A stretch of 32,125 bases of DNA. It comes from a virus. Lineage: Duplodnaviria; Heunggongvirae; Uroviricota; Caudoviricetes. The stretch covers positions 1 to 32,125 of IMG/VR virus record IMGVR_UViG_2541047945_000009, one strand, 5' to 3'. Positions within the stretch are counted from its first letter, which is position 1, and the number at the start of each line of letters is the position of its first letter. The notes under the pieces were generated by a model. The model made no database searches. It was not told the DNA's origin and was given only the letters and a program-made list of their open reading frames with translations. The position numbers were made by a program, and so were the translations under genes. Of the stretch, positions 19,286 through 28,721 are shown piece after piece.

Positions 19286-19472
19286 AGTATTTCAAAATGG
19301 GGTGCTGGATTTTAAACCCTGATATTTATTGTTTTGTAATAAACGGTTTCGGCTTAGGTTTGTTCTGACACAGCTACGGCACTGAGCTAAATTTAGCGGA
19401 TAGTCAGCTCTGAGCCAGTGGCGGACGTAACAACTACTATTGCTGAGATTTTAATGGATTGAGGAGCAAGAA

Positions 19473-19868
19473 GTGGGATTAAAGAAAATCGTTATGTTGA
19501 CTTTTTGGGTCGGTTTTGTTGCGGGATGCACACCTTTACACCCTTCAGATTGCCACAAAACTACTGCTACAGGTAGTTGCAGTTCAGGACGCTGGGATGA
19601 TCAGGATGAATGGGGGGCGCAAGCGCGGGGAATCAGAGCTGCAATTAATGCCAAACTTGATGAGCCGCATAACTGGAAAGGGAAAAAATGCAGGTTGCAT
19701 ATGGAATTCTCTCAGGATGGCACGGCGTTAAAAATATCTACCAGTAACGGTGATAAAGCCTATTGCGAAGCGATAAAGTCCGCAGCTCATAAAGCCAAAT
19801 TTCCGGCCTTCAACAATCCGGAAGTCTACAGAGATTTTCAGAAATCTGGCTTTGACATGCGAGGTTAG
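19473..19868 (+). CDS. Second lipoprotein with TolA domain III-like domain (paralog)
   Basis: 131 aa, GTG start with GAGGAG Shine-Dalgarno; lipobox VAGC; shares the K-C-L-HM…G…GD…C…A…P pattern and a C-terminal VYRDFQKSGFDMRG resembling the TolA end VYEVFKNAPLDFKP. Confidence 0.7.
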   Translation: MGLKKIVMLTFWVGFVAGCTPLHPSDCHKTTATGSCSSGRWDDQDEWGAQARGIRAAINAKLDEPHNWKGKKCRLHMEFSQDGTALKISTSNGDKAYCEAIKSAAHKAKFPAFNNPEVYRDFQKSGFDMRG

Positions 19869-19993
19869 CTCTTCAATTACTATATCTCATTCATAGCAAA
19901 CTGACAGATTTGATGATGTTCTATATACGAAACCTGTGATGTCAAGTCTGAGCTAATACAAATAAACATAATATCAGAGAAATACATTTTATT

Positions 19994-20016
19994 AGCTCGC
20001 TACGGCGAGCTTTTTA
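19994..20016 (+). terminator. Intrinsic terminator between the lipoprotein pair and the holin
   Basis: AGCTCGC-TACG-GCGAGCT followed by TTTTAT. Confidence 0.45.
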
Positions 20017-20119
20017 TATTGCATCGTCTCCAGCATATATATCAATTAAGGCTCTGATTGATGTGTCTGAAAGCCTACACATAATAACTATGCCATCCGT
20101 TCCGTGCGGAGGTGAGGCT

Positions 20120-20335
20120 ATGAAATCCATGGACAAAATTTCAACAGGCATTGCCTACGGCACCTCCGCAGGCAGTGCTGGCTACTGGTTTTTACAGTTG
20201 CTCGATAGAGTAACTCCGTCACAGTGGGCTGCAATCGGTGTGCTGGGTAGTCTGGTATTTGGCCTGCTGACGTACCTGACAAACCTTTATTTCAAGATTA
20301 AAGAAGATAAGCGCAAGGCTGCGAGAGGTGAATAA
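20120..20335 (+). CDS. Pinholin, phage 21 S-type, with dual-start motif
   Basis: 71 aa from [26 protein letters not shown]…; Met1/Met4 dual start; two transmembrane segments; GGTGAGG Shine-Dalgarno. Matches S21 from memory. Confidence 0.85.
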   Translation: MKSMDKISTGIAYGTSAGSAGYWFLQLLDRVTPSQWAAIGVLGSLVFGLLTYLTNLYFKIKEDKRKAARGE

Positions 20336-20832
20336 TGCCTCCATCATTACGAAAAGTCGTTGCTGCTGCTATTGGTGGCGGAGCAATTGCTATAGCATCA
20401 GTGTTAATCACTGGCCCAAGTGGTAACGATGGTCTGGAAGGTGTCAGCTACATACCATACAAAGATATTGTTGGTGTATGGACTGTATGTCACGGGCATA
20501 CAGGAAAAGACATCATGCTCGGTAAAACGTATACCAAAGCAGAATGCAAAACACTCTTGAATAAAGACCTTGCCACTGTCGCCAGACAAATTAACCCGTA
20601 CATCAAAGTCGATATACCGGAAACAACGCGCGGCGCTCTTTACTCATTCGTTTACAACGTGGGTGCTGGCAATTTCAGAACATCGACGCTTCTTCGCAAA
20701 ATAAACCAGGGCGATATCAAAGGCGCATGTGATCAGCTACGTCGCTGGACATATGCTGGCGGTAAGCAATGGAAAGGTCTCATGACTCGTCGTGAGATTG
20801 AGCGTGAAATCTGTTTGTGGGGTCAGCAATGA
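20335..20832 (+). CDS. SAR endolysin (lysozyme, R21-like)
   Basis: 165 aa; Gly/Ala-rich signal-anchor-release N-terminus (…[18 protein letters not shown]…); E-8aa-D-5aa-T catalytic spacing (E…D…T in [18 protein letters not shown]); start overlaps the holin stop (TAATG). Confidence 0.9.
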   Translation: MPPSLRKVVAAAIGGGAIAIASVLITGPSGNDGLEGVSYIPYKDIVGVWTVCHGHTGKDIMLGKTYTKAECKTLLNKDLATVARQINPYIKVDIPETTRGALYSFVYNVGAGNFRTSTLLRKINQGDIKGACDQLRRWTYAGGKQWKGLMTRREIEREICLWGQQ

Positions 20833-21293
20833 ACAGAGTAACCGCGATTATCTCCGCTCTGGTTATCTGCATCATCGTCTGCCTGTCATGGGCTGTTAAT
20901 CATTACCGTGATAACGCCATTACCTACAAAGCCCAGCGCGACAAAAATGCCAGAGAACTGAAGCTGGCGAACGCGGCAATTACTGACATGCAGATGCGTC
21001 AGCGTGATGTTGCTGCGCTCGATGCAAAATACACGAAGGAGTTAGCTGATGCGAAAGCTGAAAATGATGCTCTGCGTGATGATGTTGCCGCTGGTCGTCG
21101 TCGGTTGCACATCAAAGCAGTCTGTCAGTCAGTGCGTGAAGCCACCACCGCCTCCGGCGTGGATAATGCAGCCTCCCCCCGACTGGCAGACACCGCTGAA
21201 CGGGATTATTTCACCCTCCGGGAACGACTGGTAATGATGCAGGCCCAACTTGAAGGTGCTCAGCAATACATAACCGAGCAGTGTTTAAAGTAA
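20829..21293 (+). CDS. rzpR: Rz inner-membrane spanin
   Basis: 154 aa from [17 protein letters not shown]…; N-terminal transmembrane segment then coiled-coil; ATGA overlap with the endolysin stop. Confidence 0.8.
   Translation: MNRVTAIISALVICIIVCLSWAVNHYRDNAITYKAQRDKNARELKLANAAITDMQMRQRDVAALDAKYTKELADAKAENDALRDDVAAGRRRLHIKAVCQSVREATTASGVDNAASPRLADTAERDYFTLRERLVMMQAQLEGAQQYITEQCLK
21049..21234 (+). CDS. rzoR: Rz1 outer-membrane lipoprotein spanin, embedded in Rz in the +1 frame
   Basis: 61 aa [24 protein letters not shown]… with lipobox VVGC and a proline-rich stretch; matches lambda Rz1 from memory. Confidence 0.8.
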   Translation: MRKLKMMLCVMMLPLVVVGCTSKQSVSQCVKPPPPPAWIMQPPPDWQTPLNGIISPSGNDW

Positions 21294-21430
21294 AATCTTA
21301 ACTACAATATGATTCATTTTGATGATTGTTTCATAAGGAACAGTGAAGTAAGATCTAAGAGGAGTTAAATTTTATACAGTATAATCATAATATTGCAGCA
21401 AGGTGGTTATAATTGAAAGAATATTTAGAT

Positions 21431-22888
21431 ATGAATACATCTCATGTAAGAGTTGTTACTCATATGTGTGGGTTCCTGGTTTGGCTCTATAGTCTTTCAA
21501 TGTTGCCACCAATGGTTGTAGCATTGTTTTATAAAGAAAAAAGCCTGTTCGTTTTCTTTATAACTTTCGTTATATTTTTTTGCATTGGTGGCGGAGCGTG
21601 GTATACAACTAAGAAATCTGGCATTCAATTACGTACCCGTGATGGGTTTATTATAATTGTAATGTTTTGGATTTTGTTTTCTGTTATTAGTGCATTCCCT
21701 TTATGGATTGACTCAGAACTTAATTTAACGTTCATTGATGCTCTGTTTGAAGGGGTTTCTGGAATAACAACAACAGGAGCAACTGTAATTGATGATGTTA
21801 GTTCATTACCTCGGGCATATTTGTACTATCGGTCACAGTTAAATTTTATAGGTGGTTTAGGAGTTATTGTTCTGGCGGTTGCTGTATTGCCATTATTGGG
21901 TATTGGTGGTGCAAAGCTTTATCAGTCAGAAATGCCGGGGCCATTTAAGGATGACAAACTCACTCCCCGCCTGGCCGATACGTCACGGACACTGTGGATA
22001 ACTTATTCTTTATTAGGTATTGCTTGTATTGTCTGTTATAGACTTGCAGGAATGTCTTTGTTTGATGCTATTTGTCACGGGATTTCCACAGTTTCGCTTG
22101 GTGGTTTCTCAACTCATAGCGAGAGTATCGGATATTTTAATAACTATTTGGTTGAGCTGGTGGCTGGTTCTTTTTCCCTGCTATCGGCTTTCAACTTCAC
22201 TCTTTGGTATATTGTTATTAGCAGAAAAACGATAAAACCTTTAATCAGAGATATTGAACTTCGTTTCTTTCTGTTAATAGCCTTAGGGATGATCATTGTT
22301 ACCTCTTTCCAGGTCTGGCATATAGGTATGTATGACTTGCATGGAAGTTTTATTCATTCGTTTTTTCTTGCCAGCTCCATGCTCACTGATAATGGTTTAG
22401 CTACGCAGGATTATGCAAACTGGCCCACGCACACGATAGTGTTTTTGCTGTTGTCAAGTTTCTTTGGGGGATGTATCGGTTCAACCTGTGGTGGAATTAA
22501 GTCACTTCGATTTCTTATACTTTTCAAACAAAGCAAACACGAGATAAATCAACTTTCTCATCCCAGAGCGTTGTTAAGTGTAAATGTAGGAGGGAAGATA
22601 GTTACAGATCGTGTAATGAGGTCTGTATGGAGTTTCTTTTTTCTTTATACTCTCTTCACGGTGTTTTTTATACTGGTGTTAAATGGTATGGGATATGATT
22701 TTCTTACATCATTTGCAACAGTGGCTGCATGTATTAATAATATGGGATTAGGTTTTGGGGCTACTGCATCGTCATTCGGAGTGCTTAATGACATTGCAAA
22801 ATATTTAATGTGCATAGCTATGATTCTTGGTCGCCTTGAAATTTATCCTGTTATTATATTGTTTTCAGGTTTTTTTTGGCGCTCCTAA
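21431..22888 (+). CDS. trkG: Trk-type potassium transporter TrkG
   Basis: 485 aa from ATG MNTSHVRVVTHMCGF…; multi-pass membrane protein matching K-12 TrkG from memory; AT-rich relative to flanking phage genes. The track ORF starts 18 nt upstream at a TTG. Confidence 0.9.
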   Translation: MNTSHVRVVTHMCGFLVWLYSLSMLPPMVVALFYKEKSLFVFFITFVIFFCIGGGAWYTTKKSGIQLRTRDGFIIIVMFWILFSVISAFPLWIDSELNLTFIDALFEGVSGITTTGATVIDDVSSLPRAYLYYRSQLNFIGGLGVIVLAVAVLPLLGIGGAKLYQSEMPGPFKDDKLTPRLADTSRTLWITYSLLGIACIVCYRLAGMSLFDAICHGISTVSLGGFSTHSESIGYFNNYLVELVAGSFSLLSAFNFTLWYIVISRKTIKPLIRDIELRFFLLIALGMIIVTSFQVWHIGMYDLHGSFIHSFFLASSMLTDNGLATQDYANWPTHTIVFLLLSSFFGGCIGSTCGGIKSLRFLILFKQSKHEINQLSHPRALLSVNVGGKIVTDRVMRSVWSFFFLYTLFTVFFILVLNGMGYDFLTSFATVAACINNMGLGFGATASSFGVLNDIAKYLMCIAMILGRLEIYPVIILFSGFFWRS

Positions 22889-23025
22889 TATATGGCTGAT
22901 TTATAATTGTGAGTTTAATATTATGTTGACTCACTCATTGATCCAATACCTAACTTTACCAGCAACACCTCCGCCCCCAGTAGCACTGGCTGCTGGGGTG
23001 CGTTTTATTCATAAAGCAAGGCTGT

Positions 23026-23820
23026 ATGAGCGAGAAATTAAAGATAGTCTATCGCCCATTACAAGAATTGTCACCGTATGCGCACAATGCCAGGACGCAC
23101 AGTACTGAGCAGGTGGCACAACTGGTAGAAAGTATTAAGCAATTCGGCTGGACTAATCCGGTGCTGATTGACGAAAAGGGCAAAATTATTGCGGGTCACG
23201 GTCGTGTTATGGCGGCTGAAATGCTCAAAATGGATTCTGTTCCGGTCATTGTTCTGTCTGGCCTGACGGATGAGCAGAAAAAGGCGTACCGCCTGGCAGA
23301 TAATCGCCTGCCGATGAATGCTGGCTGGGATGAAGATCTGTTGCGGATGGAGCTGTCGGACCTAATCAATGCTGATTTTGATGTCTCCCTGACAGGCTTC
23401 ATCCCGACAGAAATTGATGAACTGTTGACGGATGTTTTGCCCGGTACAGGAAATGAGGAGGAGCCGTATACGACGAAAATTGATACGCCTGTTTATGAGC
23501 CGTCGGGCGGTAAACCGGATATCAGTGAACTGTACGACGATACGAAAACTCAGGAGCTGATCAGCCGGATACGTTCGGCGTCCCTTGATCCTGATATTGA
23601 GAAATTCCTCCTGTGTGCGGCAGAACGTCACACAGTGTTTAATTTCAGCAGAATTGCGGACTATTACGCTCATGCCCCCGCTGAAATTCAGTGCCTTTTC
23701 GAGGAGTCGGCGCTGGTGATCATTGATTATCAGCAGGCTATTGAAAATGGATTTGTCCGAATGACGCAGCGCATGGTGGAGATCATGCATGGCGGGGAGG
23801 AGGAGGAGGAATATGCGTGA
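23026..23820 (+). CDS. ParB-like nuclease domain protein
   Basis: 264-aa ORF; N-terminal ParB/Srx-like region with …IIAGHGRVMAA… motif; acidic C-terminus. Common immediately upstream of terminase genes. Confidence 0.7.
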   Translation: MSEKLKIVYRPLQELSPYAHNARTHSTEQVAQLVESIKQFGWTNPVLIDEKGKIIAGHGRVMAAEMLKMDSVPVIVLSGLTDEQKKAYRLADNRLPMNAGWDEDLLRMELSDLINADFDVSLTGFIPTEIDELLTDVLPGTGNEEEPYTTKIDTPVYEPSGGKPDISELYDDTKTQELISRIRSASLDPDIEKFLLCAAERHTVFNFSRIADYYAHAPAEIQCLFEESALVIIDYQQAIENGFVRMTQRMVEIMHGGEEEEEYA

Positions 23821-24745
23821 TGATTTTTGCGCCTTTATTCTGACTCACGGGCGACCGGACAAAGTTCTGACTTACCGGACGTTGCGTCGTGCTGGCTATA
23901 CCGGGAAAATTTTTATCGTTGTTGATGATGAAGATAAGACACGGCATCAGTACATGGCTGAATTTGGTGAACAGGTGCTGGTATTTTCCAAAGCCGATAT
24001 TGCCAGTCGTTTTGACGAAGCCGATAATTTTGGTGATCGCCGCTCAATTTTTTACGCCCGTAATGCCTGTTTCGACCTGGCAAAACTGGTCGGGTGTAAA
24101 TACTTCATTCAGCTCGATGATGATTATCACGAGTTCCAGTTTCGGGTGGATCGCAACTATGACCAGGCCTATTTCCCGATAAGGAAACTGGATGCGATCC
24201 TTTCTGAAATGCTGGCGTATTACGAATCAATACCCGCGCTTTCCATCGCTATGTCGCAGGGCGGGGATTTTCTTGGTGACAATGGCGGCCATGCTTCGTG
24301 GGTGAAACGCAAGGCAATGAACAGCTTTATCTGTTCGGTTGATCGACCGTTCTCATTCATGGGGCGCATTAACGAGGATGTGAATACGTACACGAATCTC
24401 GGTCGCTGTGGTGAATTGTTTATGACGATCGGTGCTGTCCAGTTAGGGCAGAAACAGACTCAGAAAAACAGCGGCGGAATGACCGAGCTGTATCTGGATT
24501 CCGGAACCTACGTTAAAAGTTTTTACTCCGTCATGTATTCGCCGTCGTGCGTAAAAATCTCACTGATGGGTGCCAGCCATAAACGCATTCACCATCAGGT
24601 CACCTGGAACAACGCTGCAGTAAAAATCCTTCACGAAAAATACAGGAAGAAGACACCCTGCATATCAATGGGGGTGACAAATGATTCCGTATTCGAAAGT
24701 CGAGTCTCTGGCAGCGTGCCGGATGACTGCACAACAAATCGCTGA
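23813..24745 (+). CDS. Hypothetical protein with GT-A glycosyltransferase-like motifs
   Basis: About 310 aa from MRDDFCAFILTHGRPD…; N-terminal strand…IFIVVDDED and a later FIQLDDDY DxD-like motif; start overlaps the ParB-like stop (ATGCGTGA). Fold assignment is motif-level inference. Confidence 0.45.
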   Translation: MRDDFCAFILTHGRPDKVLTYRTLRRAGYTGKIFIVVDDEDKTRHQYMAEFGEQVLVFSKADIASRFDEADNFGDRRSIFYARNACFDLAKLVGCKYFIQLDDDYHEFQFRVDRNYDQAYFPIRKLDAILSEMLAYYESIPALSIAMSQGGDFLGDNGGHASWVKRKAMNSFICSVDRPFSFMGRINEDVNTYTNLGRCGELFMTIGAVQLGQKQTQKNSGGMTELYLDSGTYVKSFYSVMYSPSCVKISLMGASHKRIHHQVTWNNAAVKILHEKYRKKTPCISMGVTNDSVFESRVSGSVPDDCTTNR

Positions 24746-24932
24746 CGTTCTGGATGTTGATCTGAACCGACTGAAAGAAAATCGGGAAGCAATGACAGAT
24801 TTTTATGCGGCCATCCGTAAGGGCAGAGCGAAAGGTGAAGCCGAGTTACGAGCGGCATTGTTTAAGCTTGCCAGAAAAGGGGATGCCTTTGCTCTGCGCG
24901 AACTACTCAGGGTGGATAAAAATCAGGACTAA
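24681..24932 (+). CDS. Small hypothetical protein, possible DNA-binding
   Basis: 83-aa ORF overlapping the 3' end of the upstream gene; internal Met at MTAQQIADVL… could be the true start. Confidence 0.35.
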   Translation: MIPYSKVESLAACRMTAQQIADVLDVDLNRLKENREAMTDFYAAIRKGRAKGEAELRAALFKLARKGDAFALRELLRVDKNQD

Positions 24933-24935
24933 CTG

Positions 24936-26030
24936 ATGAGCAGACCGGACTGGGGGGCGTTGCAGCAGGAGTATATTGCTGAATACACCCGCTCCGGTAT
25001 ATCTCCGGTGGCATGGTGTGAAGCAAGGGGACTGAACTACGCAACAGCCCGTCGTTACATCAAAAAAACTCCGAAAAATGCGCAGAAAGAAATGCGCAAA
25101 ACTGCGCAAAAAAGTGCGCGAAAAAAAACTGCGCAGACTGCGCAAAGGCAGAACGGAAAATCTCAGAAAAAAAAGGCTGTATCCGATGCACTCCTGATTG
25201 AGGGGGACACGGAAGAAATTTCGTTCTGCCCCGATGAATTCGGTATTTCTGACCAGCAGGCAAAATTCGCCATGTTGGTTGCTCAGGGGAAAAAGCCGAC
25301 AGAGGCATACCGACTGGCTGGTTATGAGGGGCAAGGTGCGACAGCTAACAGCAACGCCAGCCGTATGCTTAGAAATGCCAGGGTTTATCGTGCTATCAGC
25401 TACTTCCGCAATCAGTACCAGAAACGCTATACCGCAGACCTGGATTTACTGGTGAGCCAGTTGATGGCCATTGTCCAGGCCGACCCCAATCAGTTGGCAC
25501 AATTTCGCCGTGTTAACTGCCGTTATTGCTGGGGCGAGAATCATCTCTACCAGTGGCGTGATATTGCAGAATTCGATAAGGCTGCGGCACAGGCCTCCAG
25601 AGATGGTAAACCCGAGCCGGAATATGGAGGCCTCGGCTTTGTTGATAACGCCATACCCAATCCTGATTGCCCGAAGTGCTGCGGTGAGGGAACAGGACAG
25701 CTTTATATGGCTGATACCACACTGCTTGATGGGGATGCGCGGCAATTATATGCAGGGTCAAAGCTCGGAAAATACGGTGTTGAGATCCTGCTGGAGGATA
25801 AGGCTGCCGCCCGGCGTGAATTGTTGCGTTTGCTTTCTGCTGGCGGGGCATTATGTGCAGATAAGCGGCTACAGGAACTGGAAATTGAACGGCGCAGAAT
25901 AGAGAACCAGAAGCTGCGCAAAGAGATCGAAACGGTGGAGGATAATGAACATCCCCAGCCTGTGGCGATCAATATTAATGTGGTTGATGCCAGATTAAGG
26001 AGTGATGAAGATGATCTCTCCGACGCTTAA
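24936..26030 (+). CDS. Putative terminase small subunit
   Basis: 364-aa ORF directly upstream of the large terminase; N-terminal HTH-like region, basic repeat region and CPKCCGEG zinc-ribbon-like motif. Longer than a typical small subunit. Confidence 0.5.
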   Translation: MSRPDWGALQQEYIAEYTRSGISPVAWCEARGLNYATARRYIKKTPKNAQKEMRKTAQKSARKKTAQTAQRQNGKSQKKKAVSDALLIEGDTEEISFCPDEFGISDQQAKFAMLVAQGKKPTEAYRLAGYEGQGATANSNASRMLRNARVYRAISYFRNQYQKRYTADLDLLVSQLMAIVQADPNQLAQFRRVNCRYCWGENHLYQWRDIAEFDKAAAQASRDGKPEPEYGGLGFVDNAIPNPDCPKCCGEGTGQLYMADTTLLDGDARQLYAGSKLGKYGVEILLEDKAAARRELLRLLSAGGALCADKRLQELEIERRRIENQKLRKEIETVEDNEHPQPVAININVVDARLRSDEDDLSDA

Positions 26031-27312
26031 TGTGCCTCAGGCGCGATTTCTTTCAATGCCCCATAAATTTAAAGCCTATATTGCTGGTTTTGGCTCGGGC
26101 AAAACATGGGTTGGGTGTGGCGGCATATGCAAGGGGATTTGGGAGCATCCAGGTATAAATCAGGGATATTTTGCGCCAACGTATCCCCAAATTCGCGATA
26201 TTTTTTACCCTACAGTGGAAGAAGTTGCTGCTGACTGGGGATTGAACGTAAAAATTAATGAGGGAAATAAAGAGGTTCACTTTTATTACGGACGCCAGTA
26301 TCGGGGAACCACTATCTGCAGATCGATGGAGAAGCCACAAACGATCGTCGGTTTCAAAATTGGTAATGCGCTGGTGGATGAACTGGACATTTTGCCGAAG
26401 GAAAAAGCCAGAACGGCGTGGCGCAAGATAATTGCGCGTATGCGTTATAAGATTGATGGACTTCGCAACGGTATTGACGTTACAACCACGCCGGAAGGAT
26501 TCAAATTTGTCTACGAGCAGTTTGTTAAAGCCGTGCGTGAAAAAACAGAGCTGGCCTCACTGTATGGTCTGGTGCAGGCATCTACTTTCGATAATGAAAA
26601 GAACCTGCCAGCAGATTACATTCCTTCACTTCTTGAATCATACCCTCCAGAGCTGATTAAAGCCTATCTTCTAGGACGGTTTACTAACCTGACAAGTGGT
26701 ACTGTTTACCATCAGTTTGACCGGAAACTGAATAATTGCGAAGAAGTGGAGCAGCCAGGGGAGCCGATTTATATTGGGATGGATTTTAACGTTGGAAAGA
26801 TGGCGGGAATCGTCCATGTGCTGCGTTTGGGGCTTCCATGTGCGGTAACTGAAATCATCAATGCCTACGATACGCCGGATATGATCCGCCTCATTAAAGA
26901 ACGCTTCTGGCTGTATGACGGGCATGATTACCGGAAAGTGAGGGAGATTTATATTTATCCAGATGCTTCCGGAGATTCCAGAAAATCAAGTAACGCAAGT
27001 ACGACGGATATAGCCCAGCTTAAGCAGGCAGGTTTTAACGTTGTGGTGAACAGCTCGAACCCGCCAGTAAAAGATCGCGTTAACTCAATGAATGCAATGT
27101 TCTGCAATGCCAATGGTGAGCGTCGCTATAAAGTTAATGTGAAGCGTTGTCCGGTATATGCCGAATCTCTGGAGCAACAGGTCTGGGATGATAAGGGGGA
27201 GCCTGATAAAAAATCTGGCAATGATCACCCGAATGATGCCGGAGGTTATTTCATCGTTAAGCAATTCCCTATTGTCAAACCGACCGGAAGAGTCACATCA
27301 CTTCGGATTTAA
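26002..27312 (+). CDS. Terminase large subunit
   Basis: 436-aa ORF with Walker A-like YIAGFGSGKTW near the N-terminus and acidic motifs in the C-terminal half consistent with a nuclease domain; start uncertain. Confidence 0.75.
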   Translation: MMKMISPTLNVPQARFLSMPHKFKAYIAGFGSGKTWVGCGGICKGIWEHPGINQGYFAPTYPQIRDIFYPTVEEVAADWGLNVKINEGNKEVHFYYGRQYRGTTICRSMEKPQTIVGFKIGNALVDELDILPKEKARTAWRKIIARMRYKIDGLRNGIDVTTTPEGFKFVYEQFVKAVREKTELASLYGLVQASTFDNEKNLPADYIPSLLESYPPELIKAYLLGRFTNLTSGTVYHQFDRKLNNCEEVEQPGEPIYIGMDFNVGKMAGIVHVLRLGLPCAVTEIINAYDTPDMIRLIKERFWLYDGHDYRKVREIYIYPDASGDSRKSSNASTTDIAQLKQAGFNVVVNSSNPPVKDRVNSMNAMFCNANGERRYKVNVKRCPVYAESLEQQVWDDKGEPDKKSGNDHPNDAGGYFIVKQFPIVKPTGRVTSLRI

Positions 27313-27314
27313 TT

Positions 27315-28721
27315 ATGGCTGATATATCAACACCCAACCTCGACTATAACGATATGCTGGAGGCGTGGGATATTAACGACGCATTGATGGGCGGTACGCT
27401 TGAAATGCGCAGGCAGGGGGAAAATTATCTCCCCAAATGGCCTAATGAAGATGAAGACGCTTATAAAAAACGCCTGTCTGTGGCTACGTTACTTCCTGTG
27501 TATGAAGAAAGCATCAAACAAAATATTGGGCGCATATTTGCAGAGCCGACAGTATTGAGTGAGGAAACGCCGGAAAAAATCAGGGAATATGCAGAAAATA
27601 TCGACATGGAGGGGAGCCGACTGGATGTGTGGGCGCAGCAATTTTTCAGTCTCGCATTTCAGTATGGTGTGGCACATGCGCTGGTGGACTATCCACGAAC
27701 GGATATGAACGAGATTCGGACAAAAGCCGATGAAAACGCGGCCGGTGGTCGCCCGTACGTTACGATGCTGAATCCACGCCAGGTTATTGGATGGAAATCG
27801 AAAGTTGAAAAAGGGAAAGTTGTTCTCACTGATTTGCGTATAAAAGAGGTCATCATTATTGATGGTGATGATTTCGGGCAGAAGAAGGTGGAGCAGATCC
27901 GCCATATTATGCCCCGTCGAGTTGAAATTTATCGACGTAGCGAAGGCACTAATGGCGAATCTGTCTGGACGCTTCATGAGTCATGGAATACCAGCCGTGA
28001 TGATATTCCTCTGGTAACACTGTACACGAAGAAAACAGGATTTATGCGTGGTACACCGCCATTGCTTAATCTTGGCTTGCTGAATATCAAGCACTGGCAA
28101 AGCCAGAGCGAGCAGGACAATATTCTTCATGTTGCCCGCGTTCCATTGCTGGTGGCCTACGGGCTGGACAGGAATGAAGAACTGACGGTTGGTGCATCCA
28201 CCGCTACGATTTTTGAGGACAGAACAAAAAATGGCCTCGAATATGTTGAACATAGTGGCGCAGCGATAGAATCTGGCGAAACATCACTTGAGAAGCTGGA
28301 AAATCAGATGCGTCATGCCGGCGCTAAACTTCTGCGTGCTGAAAATACATCCACCAAATCTGTTGATCAGACTAATGAAGAGCGAATGCAGGAAAACTCG
28401 CCGCTTTATACAATGGCGAACTCCCTCGAAGATGCCCTCGATAATATTCTCCAGATAATGGCGGAATGGATCGGAGAGAGTTGCGGTGGCAATGTGGATG
28501 TGCGCACTGAACTGGATGTATCTGCCCAGGTGTTTGACTCATCCTCCGCGCTGGCTGTTCAGTCATTGCGTCAGGGCGGTGATATACGTCAGATTGATGC
28601 GGTTCGGGTGTTGCAGGCGTTGAAATTTATCGATCAGGATTCCCGTCCAGAGGAAGTGATCGATGAATTAAAAAATCAGAGTGTAATGCTGATGGAAATC
28701 AATGATGCAAACCGTGAATGA
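27315..28721 (+). CDS. Portal protein
   Basis: 468-aa ORF immediately after the large terminase, with the size and position expected of a portal. Confidence 0.7.
   Translation: MADISTPNLDYNDMLEAWDINDALMGGTLEMRRQGENYLPKWPNEDEDAYKKRLSVATLLPVYEESIKQNIGRIFAEPTVLSEETPEKIREYAENIDMEGSRLDVWAQQFFSLAFQYGVAHALVDYPRTDMNEIRTKADENAAGGRPYVTMLNPRQVIGWKSKVEKGKVVLTDLRIKEVIIIDGDDFGQKKVEQIRHIMPRRVEIYRRSEGTNGESVWTLHESWNTSRDDIPLVTLYTKKTGFMRGTPPLLNLGLLNIKHWQSQSEQDNILHVARVPLLVAYGLDRNEELTVGASTATIFEDRTKNGLEYVEHSGAAIESGETSLEKLENQMRHAGAKLLRAENTSTKSVDQTNEERMQENSPLYTMANSLEDALDNILQIMAEWIGESCGGNVDVRTELDVSAQVFDSSSALAVQSLRQGGDIRQIDAVRVLQALKFIDQDSRPEEVIDELKNQSVMLMEINDANRE

Noticed and set aside
17849-20119. tRNA genes or a CRISPR array in the Q-to-lysis interval
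   Set aside because: No cloverleaf-compatible segment with a conserved T-loop (GTTCRANYC-like) and no regularly spaced direct repeats here or elsewhere in the window.
22020-22235. 71-aa ORF inside trkG
   Set aside because: Alternative frame within the trkG coding sequence.
25060-25972. ORFs on both strands inside the putative small terminase gene (25060-25308, 25198-25455, 25446-25745, 25471-25902, 25513-25851, 25703-25972)
   Set aside because: All overlap the 364-aa ORF, which has the better coding context; likely spurious frames in GC-rich sequence.
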